Positions 9,361-19,700 of a DNA stretch of 64,000 nucleotides are shown here, in pieces. Positions within the stretch are counted from its first letter, which is position 1. The number at the start of each line of letters is the position of its first letter. The stretch is taken from positions 160,001 through 224,000 of the forward strand of contig JAWBYA010000001.1 in assembly GCA_038867615.1 (NCBI GenBank), read 5' to 3'. Below the pieces are notes generated by a model that did not search any database, was not told where the DNA came from, and saw nothing but the letters and a program-made list of their open reading frames with translations. A program made the position numbers and the translations under genes. Source of the stretch: Sulfolobales archaeon (lineage in GTDB: Archaea; Thermoproteota; Thermoprotei_A; Sulfolobales; AG1).

Positions 9361-9660
9361 GCTAGCTTTTTGATATATATGGGGTTGATAGGTTTGGGGA
9401 ATATTAGTGAGTACCCATCGATGTCTAGGGGTATTTATTGAGCTTTAGTTTTGAGGCGGATTGTTCTAGGTGTGGGTTTCTCCATACACGCCCTGGGTGG
9501 TGATTGGGGCTTGTTCCAAGCCGCCAGGTGATGATCTCTTAAACCTAGATGGAATCAACTACCTACTCCGTAGGGGCAGAGACACTGTGCCGGTAAAGTG
9601 GAAGTCCCTGGATAAAATCATGAATAAAAACAATCGGAATGAACATCCAGGGATAAACGG
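9361..9660 (+). mobile_element. Non-autonomous IS607-like mini-element, subfamily B copy 1
   Basis: 300 bp from GG|GCT to AAACGG; shares TTTTGATATATAT, AGGGGTATTTAT and right end CCCTGGAT..CATGAATAAAA..GGAATGA.CATCC.GGGA.AAACGG with 53453-53752. Confidence 0.65.
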
Positions 9661-9870
9661 GTAATTATGGGGTTTGCTTTTTTATAAAAATAGGTGTCTC
9701 TTTACTGTGGTATTTGCAAGGGGCGGTCTCCTTTCGAGATTTAGGCATCTCTCGAAGAACTTCTCTTAGTCAATGCCTCTAGCTTTATACATTAGTATAG
9801 ATTTTTATAGAGAGATATATTGAAATATTTAAGTTTCTGTGAGGCTGTTATAATAAAGGTGGGTGTACCA

Positions 9871-12255
9871 ATGCATAGTGAGCACCATGGTGCAGAGGCG
9901 CATCACGAGCATGAGGAGCCTTTCTATAGGAGTATAAGGGGTATTTTGACCACAACGAATCATGCCAACATAGGGGTTATGTATATTGCTGTTGCGCTAA
10001 TAAACCTGCTCCTTGCCGGTATCTCGGCATTCTTTATAAGGATGCAGCTAGCGGGAGTAGGTGTTGTGGATCCTGGGAGGTATTTGGCGGTAGTAACGTT
10101 GCATGGGACGCTTATGATCTTCTTTGTAGTGATGCCCTTCTTTGCTGGGATAGGTAACTATCTTATCCCCAAGATGGTTGGTGCGCCTGATCTCTACTGG
10201 CCTAAGATAAATGCTCTAGGGTTCTGGATGTTCGCGTCGAGCTCTATACTGATATGGCTAACCCTTCTGGATGCAGGGAACCTCCAGATAGGCTGGACAG
10301 GCTATGCCCCGCTATCTGTGAGGCTTCCAGGATTTTCAGTGGATCTCTGGGCCCTCAGCCTCTTCCTCGCGGGGATCTCGTCTATACTTGGTGCTGTTAA
10401 CTTCTTCCTAACTGTTATGAGGCTTAGAAACCCAAGCCTAAAGATCTCGAGACTCCCGCTCTTCGTATGGTCATTCCTGGGCGCACAGCTAATAATACTC
10501 TACGCGCTACCTCCCTTCGGTATGGTGCTAGCGATGATCTTTCTCGAGAGGAATCTCGGACTCCCATTCTTCGATCCTAAGTATGGTGGTGATGCGATTC
10601 TCTACCAACACATATTCTGGTTCATGGGGCATCCAGAGGTATATGTTCTAGTCCTCCCAGCTATGGGGCTTGTTTCAGAGATCCTGCCGAGGATGGCTAG
10701 GAGACCGATATATGGTTATAAGGCAATAGCTGTGTCATCTATAATGATCGTGACAATGAGTTTCTTCGTATGGGCTCACCACATGTTCACAACGGGGCTG
10801 GGTTTACTGGTCCTAACACCATTCATGATAGCAACAATGGCTGTAGCCATACCGTCGGGGATCAAGGTCTTTAACTGGATAGCAACCCTCTATAACTCGA
10901 GGATATGGCTTAGGACACCCATGCTCTACGTACTCGGCTTCCTAGCGTTCTTCATAATAGGGGGTATAACAGGTGTGTTCTTCCCCGTGATCCCGGTCAA
11001 TATACCATACCAGGATACATACTTTGTTCTAGGTCACTTCCACTATGTGGTCAATGCTATATTCATGGCAATAGCAGCGGCTCTATTCTACTACTTCCCA
11101 CACATGACGGGTAAGATGTATAGCGAGACTCTGGGTAGGCTGAGCGCTATTCTATACACAATAGGTGGTGCTATAACCTATACAGCAATGCTCTCCCTAG
11201 GCTATCTAGGAATGCCTAGAAGATACTACCAACCCCCACCGATCCCTGGGATGGAGTTCTACCATCAGCTAGCCACCGCAGGCTCGATTATACTCGCAAT
11301 AGGTACTCTTCTAATATACGTAGCCATTATTCATGGTCTTATATGGGGTAGGCCTGTTAAGAATAGAAACGATCCATGGGCGGCTGCCAAAATAGGCCAG
11401 CCAGACTTCCACCCAGCTGCACATACAGACGGCTCCGGGCTGCTCCACTACAGCCCCCACCCATGGATGTCTATCACAGGGATAGCGTCAGCATTACCTC
11501 TGGTGGGTGTTATGTTCATTATAAAGTGGGGCGACTGGATCGTAGGGTCGCTAATGCTTGCCATATTCATAGGTATAGTTCTTGCGTGGGCTTATTCAGA
11601 GTATTTTGCAAGGCCTAGAAGTGCTAATGGAGCCCTAGCAGGGCTTCTAGATCTTAGGCCCTGGAGCTCGAGGCTGGGGGCATTGGGACATGATCCAATG
11701 CTTGCAGTGGCTCTAATCATATTCTCTGAGGTATTCCTCTTCGGGACATTGATAGCTTCTTACTTCTACTACTGGTTTAGAAACCCATCATGGCCTCCCC
11801 CCGGGACGCCTCATCTAGATACCTTGGTGCCCATCATAAACACGGTGATCCTGCTGAGCAGCGGTGCAGTGATGCATCTTGGATATAGTTACTTCAAGAG
11901 GGGAGATATTGAGAGCTTTAGAAGCCTCGCCGTGGTAACGATAATCCTGGGGTCTGTATTCCTCGCTGGACAGGTAGTAGAGTATGTGAGATCAGGGATG
12001 TCCCCATGGCTTAACCCATTCGCAGCAACGTTCTATAGCCTTACAAGCACCCACGGACTCCACGTGATCATGGGCTTGATAGCCATATCCCTCCTAATAG
12101 TGAGATCCTATAACGGTACGCTTCCAACCAACGAGAGAGGGAATTCGGTGGTAGAGGCTGTAACCGTATATTGGCACTTCGTAGACCTGATATGGATTGT
12201 GCTTGTAACCATACTCTACCTACTCCCATTCGGACTACCAGTACTTGGAGCATAG
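9871..12255 (+). CDS. A1-type heme-copper terminal oxidase, fused subunit I + subunit III (SoxM-like)
   Basis: TLHGTLM, GAPD, WFMGHPEVY, WAHHMF, GIKVFNW, GHFHY; C-terminal subunit III motifs FSEVFLF, LLSSG, HGLHV, YWHFVD; start trimmed to ATG 9871. Confidence 0.95.
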   Translation: MHSEHHGAEAHHEHEEPFYRSIRGILTTTNHANIGVMYIAVALINLLLAGISAFFIRMQLAGVGVVDPGRYLAVVTLHGTLMIFFVVMPFFAGIGNYLIPKMVGAPDLYWPKINALGFWMFASSSILIWLTLLDAGNLQIGWTGYAPLSVRLPGFSVDLWALSLFLAGISSILGAVNFFLTVMRLRNPSLKISRLPLFVWSFLGAQLIILYALPPFGMVLAMIFLERNLGLPFFDPKYGGDAILYQHIFWFMGHPEVYVLVLPAMGLVSEILPRMARRPIYGYKAIAVSSIMIVTMSFFVWAHHMFTTGLGLLVLTPFMIATMAVAIPSGIKVFNWIATLYNSRIWLRTPMLYVLGFLAFFIIGGITGVFFPVIPVNIPYQDTYFVLGHFHYVVNAIFMAIAAALFYYFPHMTGKMYSETLGRLSAILYTIGGAITYTAMLSLGYLGMPRRYYQPPPIPGMEFYHQLATAGSIILAIGTLLIYVAIIHGLIWGRPVKNRNDPWAAAKIGQPDFHPAAHTDGSGLLHYSPHPWMSITGIASALPLVGVMFIIKWGDWIVGSLMLAIFIGIVLAWAYSEYFARPRSANGALAGLLDLRPWSSRLGALGHDPMLAVALIIFSEVFLFGTLIASYFYYWFRNPSWPPPGTPHLDTLVPIINTVILLSSGAVMHLGYSYFKRGDIESFRSLAVVTIILGSVFLAGQVVEYVRSGMSPWLNPFAATFYSLTSTHGLHVIMGLIAISLLIVRSYNGTLPTNERGNSVVEAVTVYWHFVDLIWIVLVTILYLLPFGLPVLGA

Positions 12256-12302
12256 TTTTAGCATTATGCGGTGTTTTTATCCTACTGAGCATAGCTATTT
12301 TG

Positions 12303-14291
12303 GTGCCTGGTATTTCTGGGAAGAGGATAATATTCCACGAGCTATTAACACCTGAGGAGGCTCTTGAGAGGATATATAGATATGTTGGCCTAGAGCCCCT
12401 AGGCGTTGAGGAGGTGTCGATAGATGAGAGTTATGGTAGGGTTCTTGCTGAGGATATATATTCAGCTATAGATGTCCCGCCGTTTGACAGATCCACCATG
12501 GATGGGTATGCAGTGAGATCCGAGGATCTATTTGGCGTTAATGAAACAAACCCTGCGAGATTGAGGGTTGTGGGGAGAATAGATCCTGGAGAGCCTCCAT
12601 CACGAGCTATAGGGCCTGGAGAGGCTATCGAGATCTCAACGGGAGCACCAATACCACCTGGAGCCGATGCTGTCCTCATGGTGGAATATACTAAAAGAGC
12701 TGGCGACTGGGTTGAAGCATACAGATCGGTAACCCCTGGAGAGAATATAATGTCAGCTGGAGCTGACATATCTCTAGGCGAGCTCTCTCTCAGAAAATGC
12801 ACCATGATAGGTGCTAGAGAGGTAGGGGTTCTTGCAGCCATGGGGATCTCGAGGGTTAAGGTCTATAAGAAGCCCAGGGTAGCTGTGATCTCCACGGGCT
12901 ACGAGCTAGCTCCTCCAGGGGTTCCGCTAAGGCTGGGAGAGATCTATGATGTTAACTCCTACACTATAAGCCATGCATTAAGAGAAATAGGGGCTGAGCC
13001 TGTGAGGCTCGGCATAGTGAGAGACGATCCCGAGGAGATCGCTGCGATGGTGTTAAGTGGTCTCGCCCATCATGATATGGTGATCCTTTCTGGAGGTACA
13101 TCGGCCGGGCTATCTGATATAACATATAGGGTTCTCTCCGAGATCGGGCCCCCTGGGATCATAGTCCACGGGCTTAAGGTTAAGCCGGGGAAGCCTACTG
13201 TTATAGCTATTTCTAGGGAGGGTAAGCTCGTTATAGGGCTTCCTGGGTATCCGAGTTCCGCCCTCATGATCTTTGATCTTATAGTGAGGCCTCTGCTATG
13301 TAGAATGCTCTGCATCTCGATCGAGAAACCTAGTGTGAGGGCCAGGCTTGCTATGAGGGTTGAGGGGGCTAGGGGTAGGAGGCATCTTCTCCCTGTAGGT
13401 CTTATCGATACGGGAAGCTATATTGCTGCATACCCGCTTCCATCGGAATCTGGCGCTATAACCACGCTGGCATATGCCGATGGATATATAGTGATCCCCG
13501 AGAACATGGAGTTCGCTGTAGAGGGTGAGGAGTTCGATGTCCACCTCTTCTCCCACAGATATAGACCCGCGGATCTCTATATAGTTGGGAGCCACGATCT
13601 AGGCCTCGATAGACTGATCCCAATGCTAGGCGGAGTAAGGGTTAAGGCTATAAATGCCGGCTCTATAGGCGGTGTGATCGCTGTATCTAAGGGGGAAGCC
13701 GATATAGCCGGAATCCATATTATAGATGAGAATACAGCCGAGTATAACATACCATTCCTAGAGAGATACGGCGTGAGGAACGCTATCCTCTTCAGGGGCT
13801 ATATGAGGGAGCAGGGTCTAATAGTTCCTAAGGGAAACCCGCACGGCGTTAGGGGTGTTGAGGATATAATAGATAAGGGTCTCAGGATGGTTAACAGGCC
13901 GAGGAATACTGGGACACGTGTCCTCCTAGACCTAGTGCTCAAGAGAATAGCAGCTAGCAGGGGTGTTGGTTTTGACAAGCTGGTCTCGTCTATAAAGGGT
14001 TATTATTATGAGGTGAGAACCCACACAGCTGTTGCTGCTGCAGTAGCCCAGGGTAGGGCTGATGTGGGTGTAGGGATCAGGGCTGCTGCTGAGATGTATG
14101 GGTTGGATTTTATAGGGCTGGGTTGGGAGAACTACGACTTCCTTGTATCGTCTAAGAGGCTTGAGAAAAAAGCGGTCAGGATATTCCTTGATACGCTTAG
14201 GAGTGATGGGTTTAAAAAACAGGTCTCATCGATCCCTGGCTATATGGTTCCAAAAGATCTAGGCGAGGCTGTGTGGAGCTCTCTGGGATAG
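12303..14291 (+). CDS. moeA: Molybdopterin molybdotransferase MoeA fused to a C-terminal periplasmic-binding-protein-like domain
   Basis: PPFDRSTMDGYAV, TGAPIPPGADAV, SGGTSAG, KPGKP, GLPGYP; GSHD...REQGL...NR...GTR C-terminal domain; start trimmed to about 12303. Confidence 0.92.
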   Translation: MPGISGKRIIFHELLTPEEALERIYRYVGLEPLGVEEVSIDESYGRVLAEDIYSAIDVPPFDRSTMDGYAVRSEDLFGVNETNPARLRVVGRIDPGEPPSRAIGPGEAIEISTGAPIPPGADAVLMVEYTKRAGDWVEAYRSVTPGENIMSAGADISLGELSLRKCTMIGAREVGVLAAMGISRVKVYKKPRVAVISTGYELAPPGVPLRLGEIYDVNSYTISHALREIGAEPVRLGIVRDDPEEIAAMVLSGLAHHDMVILSGGTSAGLSDITYRVLSEIGPPGIIVHGLKVKPGKPTVIAISREGKLVIGLPGYPSSALMIFDLIVRPLLCRMLCISIEKPSVRARLAMRVEGARGRRHLLPVGLIDTGSYIAAYPLPSESGAITTLAYADGYIVIPENMEFAVEGEEFDVHLFSHRYRPADLYIVGSHDLGLDRLIPMLGGVRVKAINAGSIGGVIAVSKGEADIAGIHIIDENTAEYNIPFLERYGVRNAILFRGYMREQGLIVPKGNPHGVRGVEDIIDKGLRMVNRPRNTGTRVLLDLVLKRIAASRGVGFDKLVSSIKGYYYEVRTHTAVAAAVAQGRADVGVGIRAAAEMYGLDFIGLGWENYDFLVSSKRLEKKAVRIFLDTLRSDGFKKQVSSIPGYMVPKDLGEAVWSSLG

Positions 14292-15037
14292 CCTCGTATT
14301 CTCTTAACATGTGTTAGCGGGATAAGACCCCTGATCTTCTCACCCCTCCTGAGGTTAACAACAAGAGTGACTCCCAGGATTATCGCTGCCGCTACTCCGC
14401 TGTATAGAGGCCCCCTCATTGATACTGCTATGGGTATGCCGGGCCTTGCTAGGGCCACCACCATGTCTGAGGAAGCCCTCCCGGTTGTTATTGCGACAGA
14501 TCTATCTAGGTTGAGGGTGTGCTTGATCCCGGCTCCTATTATTTTTAATATCGATGAATGCCTGCTGCTATCGTGGGCTATGATAGCCTTCCCCGATTCT
14601 AGGTCGTATAGCCCGCTTGTATGAGACGCTATCCCCATGGTAACCGAGGTTGTCTTAGCATTGAAGTCTGAGAATATCTCTACCAGGTTTTTCCAATCTA
14701 TGGTGAAGTTCGAGGATACATAGACTCCTTGCTTCACTAGTATTGAGCAATCCTCTATATAGATCTTATTCACCTCAACATCTTTGGCAAGCCTGACATA
14801 GATCCTTTTTCTCTTCAGATCTATATCTATATCCTCTATATCGTCAATAGATCCTATTAATCCGTCCCTCACAAGACTCCCTATAACTGTATACTCGATG
14901 CCGGAGGGCATTGTAAATAGCGTTGTGTATTGTTTATCGTTAACATATACGTCGAACCTCTCATCTACTGCTATTGGTATCTCCATATAGCTATCAACAC
15001 TAGCCTCGATCTCTATGTAGTGGAACAAAAAGATCAC
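14240..15037 (-). CDS. fdhD: Formate dehydrogenase accessory sulfurtransferase FdhD
   Basis: HTSGL, HDSSRHSSILKIIG, TTGRASSDMV; last gene of the fdh operon. Confidence 0.85.
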   Translation of the reverse strand: MIFLFHYIEIEASVDSYMEIPIAVDERFDVYVNDKQYTTLFTMPSGIEYTVIGSLVRDGLIGSIDDIEDIDIDLKRKRIYVRLAKDVEVNKIYIEDCSILVKQGVYVSSNFTIDWKNLVEIFSDFNAKTTSVTMGIASHTSGLYDLESGKAIIAHDSSRHSSILKIIGAGIKHTLNLDRSVAITTGRASSDMVVALARPGIPIAVSMRGPLYSGVAAAIILGVTLVVNLRRGEKIRGLIPLTHVKRIRGYPRELHTASPRSFGTI

Positions 15038-15060
15038 CTGGAATGAGGGGGTTTTAAAAA

Positions 15061-15813
15061 TTACTCTCCCGGTATCTCTTTTCTACCCAGGATCTTTCTT
15101 ATATATAGGGGCATGTGCTTCTCAGCCCACTCTATAGGAATCATCCCGTTGGTGAACATAGCCTTGAGCAGAGGTATATTGGTTGGGTGTATAACGGCAA
15201 ATATATGGGCTAGTGTGAATAGCACGCTCAGGTAGAAGCCTATGTCGTGGATTAGAAGCATTATTCTATGCTGGTCAGGGGTTAGGTTTAGATATATTAT
15301 TGCTGCACCGCTACCCCCCACCATGATGAAGGCTATCACAAGCACTATTGTTAAGTAGGAGACGAGCACGTTATGTCTATCTAGGTTCTCCTCTATATCC
15401 TCTGGCAATGGCTTGCCGAAGGCGTAGTGGTTAGTGAGGGCCACAGCCTCTCTGATCTGCTGTTTTATAGGTTTTCTAAGGGGGTCGAAGACCCTTATCT
15501 TCCTAGCAGCCACCAGGTAGACCCCATATGTTATTAATAGGGCTCCCCATAGAGGGCCTATAAACCTATGTATTGCCCTAGCAACCTGGGCTCCAACCGT
15601 TATCGCCCCGGTATCCTGGCTAAGGCCTAGGAGGGGTGCTAGTGGAGCACCTATTGGGTATATTATCCATGCGAATGTCTCTATAGATAGCAATACTATC
15701 CCTGTCAGGACTAGGAGTGTGAAGAACACGAGGTTTAGTGTGTGGGATATTCTAGCACCCATGCTCAGTATCTCTATCTCATCCTTCTTCTCCTTCTCTT
15801 CCAATGGAACCAC
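15061..15813 (-). CDS. Formate dehydrogenase cytochrome b (gamma) subunit
   Basis: Four TM helices with heme-ligand His (RISH, IHR, IHD, AHI) and LKAMFTNG...WAEKH. Confidence 0.88.
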   Translation of the reverse strand: MVPLEEKEKKDEIEILSMGARISHTLNLVFFTLLVLTGIVLLSIETFAWIIYPIGAPLAPLLGLSQDTGAITVGAQVARAIHRFIGPLWGALLITYGVYLVAARKIRVFDPLRKPIKQQIREAVALTNHYAFGKPLPEDIEENLDRHNVLVSYLTIVLVIAFIMVGGSGAAIIYLNLTPDQHRIMLLIHDIGFYLSVLFTLAHIFAVIHPTNIPLLKAMFTNGMIPIEWAEKHMPLYIRKILGRKEIPGE

Positions 15814-16701
15814 CTACTCGCCCCCAGACCCCTTGTCCTGCTTCTTCTCCTTCGTCTTTTTAGATCCTGTCTTTTTCATCCTATCCCTACGCCATGCTGC
15901 AACGCCTAGCGCGAACACAGCAGCCGCTATGATCCCTACCCCTGGTATGCTTATTGATTTCAGAGACTCTCTAAGGGATTCTGCGTTCACTACAGCTTTT
16001 TCTGGGAATTGCTTCTTGAAGGCCTGGGATGCCTTGTCGCTCGATAGAGCGAAGACCCATCTAACCCTGCCTCCAACATAGCTATCAACATCAAGTCCAT
16101 AGACCTCTTTACCCTTAGCCTTCATATCGTTGGCAAGCTTAACAACGTTATCCATAGATGTGAAGGTGAAAACATTAGCAGGGCATACCTCAACACATGC
16201 TGGAGCCTTGCCATTCTGAACCCTGTCTACACAGAAGGTGCATTTATAGTACTTACCATCAGAACCCCTCTTGGGGACATCGTAGGGGCATGCGTCTGCA
16301 CAATACCCGCAGCCAATACACTCACTAGCCTCGATAACAACAGCCCCCTCCGGGCTCACCTTTATAGCCCCTACGGGGCACGCCCTGGCACACGGTGCTG
16401 TCGCGCAGTGGAGACAGTTATATGGTATTGGAACCATCTCTACGGCATCGCTTATCTTCACTGTAGCTCCTTCAAAGCTCAGGATCTTCTCCCTTGTTAT
16501 TTCGTGGAACATAACGACCTTCCAGGCATTTGCCATAAGCGTTGGTGGGTTAGTGAACGTGGGGCTGAAGCTCGTCTTAGGAGGTGCTCTCCCATTCCAC
16601 TCCTGACAAGCGACCTGGCATGCTCTGCAGCCTATGCAGTTATCCACGTTAACCAGAACCGCTATACCGCTATCCTTGCTTGGGAAATCCATCTTAACCA
16701 T
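15814..16701 (-). CDS. Formate dehydrogenase iron-sulfur (beta) subunit with C-terminal TM anchor
   Basis: CIGCRACQVAC, CLHCATAPCARACP, CIGCGYCADACP, KCTFC...PACVEVCP. Confidence 0.93.
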   Translation of the reverse strand: MVKMDFPSKDSGIAVLVNVDNCIGCRACQVACQEWNGRAPPKTSFSPTFTNPPTLMANAWKVVMFHEITREKILSFEGATVKISDAVEMVPIPYNCLHCATAPCARACPVGAIKVSPEGAVVIEASECIGCGYCADACPYDVPKRGSDGKYYKCTFCVDRVQNGKAPACVEVCPANVFTFTSMDNVVKLANDMKAKGKEVYGLDVDSYVGGRVRWVFALSSDKASQAFKKQFPEKAVVNAESLRESLKSISIPGVGIIAAAVFALGVAAWRRDRMKKTGSKKTKEKKQDKGSGGE

Positions 16702-16707
16702 GGATCA

Positions 16708-19700
16708 TCACCCCACCCTCCTGACAAAACCTATCCAAGCCTTAGACTCCTGGATCGTTGTAACCACATCACCAACATCAGGGTTGAGGAAGTTGCTCTG
16801 CGGACCCGTAGTCCTTCCCTGGAAGCTGAACGACCATATCAGGTTAACAACAGGGAGATCTTTGTTATTAACCCTTAGATAAGCCTCGCCCCTGGTAACA
16901 TAAGCCCTAAGCCTCACAGTACCTCTAGCAGTGACTATCTCAACATATTCTCCAGGCCTTATCCCCAGCTTTGATGCGAGCTTCTCTGGGATGTAGGCGA
17001 AGGGCTCTGGTACTAGTTGTGATAGCAATGGTACGTTTCTAGTCATAGCCCCGCTGTGGAACATCTCTGTAAGCCTGTTAGTCGTGATCACCACAAGCTC
17101 TCCACTCTCTCCCTTAAGCTCGCTTGGAATGAGAGCCAGCCCAACCGGTTTTCCAGCCACGATGCTCGGCTGATCCTTAAGAACCTTGACATTGTGCGGG
17201 TTAAGCCAGGCGAGTGTTGGGTATTTTATAGCAAGCTCGGGGTCTGGCGATTCAGCAGGTTCTGTGTGTATTGGGTACTGGAAGTTATAGCCAGGATACC
17301 AACCCTTCATCTCATCGATCACCTTTAAAGTGGCCTCTTTCAAGCTCCCAGTCTGCTGGTAGTAAGCCTGGAGCTTCTGTCTGAACTCCTCGTATTTAGG
17401 CTTATATTTAGCCCAACCATCTCCTGGGAAGAACGGTCTCTTTACGAGAGCCTTCATACTAGCGGTCTGCTCATCCCAGTATAGGGTATCGTTAGCCCAG
17501 AGGTATCGCATCCCTGTAAGGGATGCGAACTCACTGTATGAAACAACCCTTACACTCCCTGCATCCTGGATTGCGAAGCTTTTATCAGGGAATTCGAGAG
17601 TACCTGTTCTTATAAACTTCATTATGTCCGCACCTCCCCATAGATCTGAGATGCCGCTAAGCCTCCTCTTAAAGGCCCTTGGCTCCCAGAAGTTATGTCC
17701 TGGTATGAATGCAGGTCTATACTCACCGGTATACTCATCTATCCACTCACCAGTCTCTCCAGTAGCAACCCATTCTTTGCCAGCTGCTGTGAACCTATAG
17801 CTGGTTCCCAGGACCGCTACTAACGAGTCGTAGTTATAGAGATACCTCACATTCTGAGGCCATGACCATCCCCAGTTCTTATATACTTCAAAGGCTTTGC
17901 TAAAGAGTCCATCGATTTCGCCTTCCTTCCTTAAAGTCGAGATTCTCCTCATAGTTGTAAACTCATCCTTAACAGGGTTATAGATCCCATCGTAGATCAT
18001 GACTGAGTAGTTTATCTCCTTAGTAATGATCCTCGGATTAGCCTCAGCCTCTATAGGGCCTATCGGTGTAGCGTTCCCAACACCTCCAGTACAGTCCCAT
18101 GAGGCGCTTGGATCGAGACTCCTCTCGTAGAGGTCAATAACCCTGCTCCCAGCCTTAAGCTTTACCCTCTCAACCCTCTTACCATAAGCCTGGCTTGGAA
18201 TAACTATCACGCCAGCTCTCTCGAGATATCTATACAGCTTCGGAATAATCCAGTACTCCGGACGTGAGAGACCCTTAGGCTCAAGCGCCTTGAAGCTCCA
18301 CTGAATAACCCTATTACCATCTGTCCTAGTACCCTCTTTCTCGGCGAAAGCAGCAGCCGGGAGGAGCACGTCTGCGAACCATGCGGTCTCTGTTTCGAAT
18401 ATATCGCTGACTACCAAGAGATCTAGTGATGCAAGGGCAGCCCAGATGATCTTAGCGTTGGGGTTGGTTACAGCAGGGTTCTCGCCAAATATAAATGCAG
18501 CCCTTATCTCCTTATCAAGAACCCTTCTGGGGAACACTACCTCTGTGCTTCCAGTTCCAAAGTGGAAGTCACATATAACAACACCGTTAACAGGATCATC
18601 CTCGGGATCTGTTCCACAGAACATACCCCAGAGTAGCTCAAACCTCCTCCACCCATAGAACTTGAATACCTGAAGCACCTTGTTAAGATCGGCTGATCCT
18701 TTCTTAGCACTCGCCTGGAGGGCTGGGAACGATTTTAAGGCCCACTCAGGAACCTCCCAGCTCCAAGCATCAGGCATCCCCTGGAGTTTCCAGTCTTGGT
18801 AGAGCCTAACCTCTGCAACATTCACCGGGTGCCCGTGATACCCAGGCAAAGCCTCTATACCAGAGCCTTGGACATCGTTAGCCCCTTGGACGTTGCTGTG
18901 TCCTCTGAATGGGTGTGTTCCTCCTCCTGGGAAGCCTACGTTTCCTAGTAGTAGTTGGACTATAGCCGCTGATCTAATAATATTTATTGTTGCGTTTGTA
19001 TGTTGTGTGAAGCCCATAGCCCACTGTATGATCCCGTGCTTCCTATGGTTTGTAGCAACACCACTCCTCTCAACAAAGATCCTAGCAACACTCCTCAAAA
19101 GATCAACAGGAACGCCAGAGATCCTCGAAACCTCCTCAGCATTATACTGCGAGACCAGATCTTTTAGCTCATTAAGATCATCTTGATTAATATTCCATCT
19201 ATTCATGAGCCTCTTGAACTCATCAAGCTGATCTATAGGCGGGTTCCTCTCGAAGAACGCATAGTAGAGGATATAGAGCAGGATCGCGGCATCGCTGCCA
19301 GACCTGAATGGAACCCATATATCAGAGACCATCGCGGTCCTAGATAGCCTAGGATCGAATGTTATGAATACAGTCCCCCTCTCCCTCTTACCCTTCCAGA
19401 AGTACCAGAACGATAGGGGATGATTCTCCGCAGGGCTTGAGAAGAAGAGAACAACATCCGCCGAGGCCACATCCTCTATACTTGCTGTCTCAGCACCCCA
19501 GCCGTAGGTTACGGCCAGGGAGGTTACGGTCGAGCTGTGGCATTTCCTAAACTGCGAATCCATATTAGCAGTGCCAAGAAATACCGCTAGCTTCTTACTT
19601 AGAAACGCCTCCTCGTTGAGGAGTATCGAGGATCCTATAACCTGTACAGGAACCTGGGATCCCAGGTAGTAGTAACCATCCTTCTGCTTTGGTGCTCCTG

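Noticed and set aside
12171-12302. Hydrophobic N-terminal extension on the MoeA fusion
   Set aside because: Overlaps the oxidase gene end; MoeA homology starts near 12303
19530-19560. Selenocysteine recoding in FDH alpha
   Set aside because: The active-site codon is TGC (Cys) and the frame has no internal TGA
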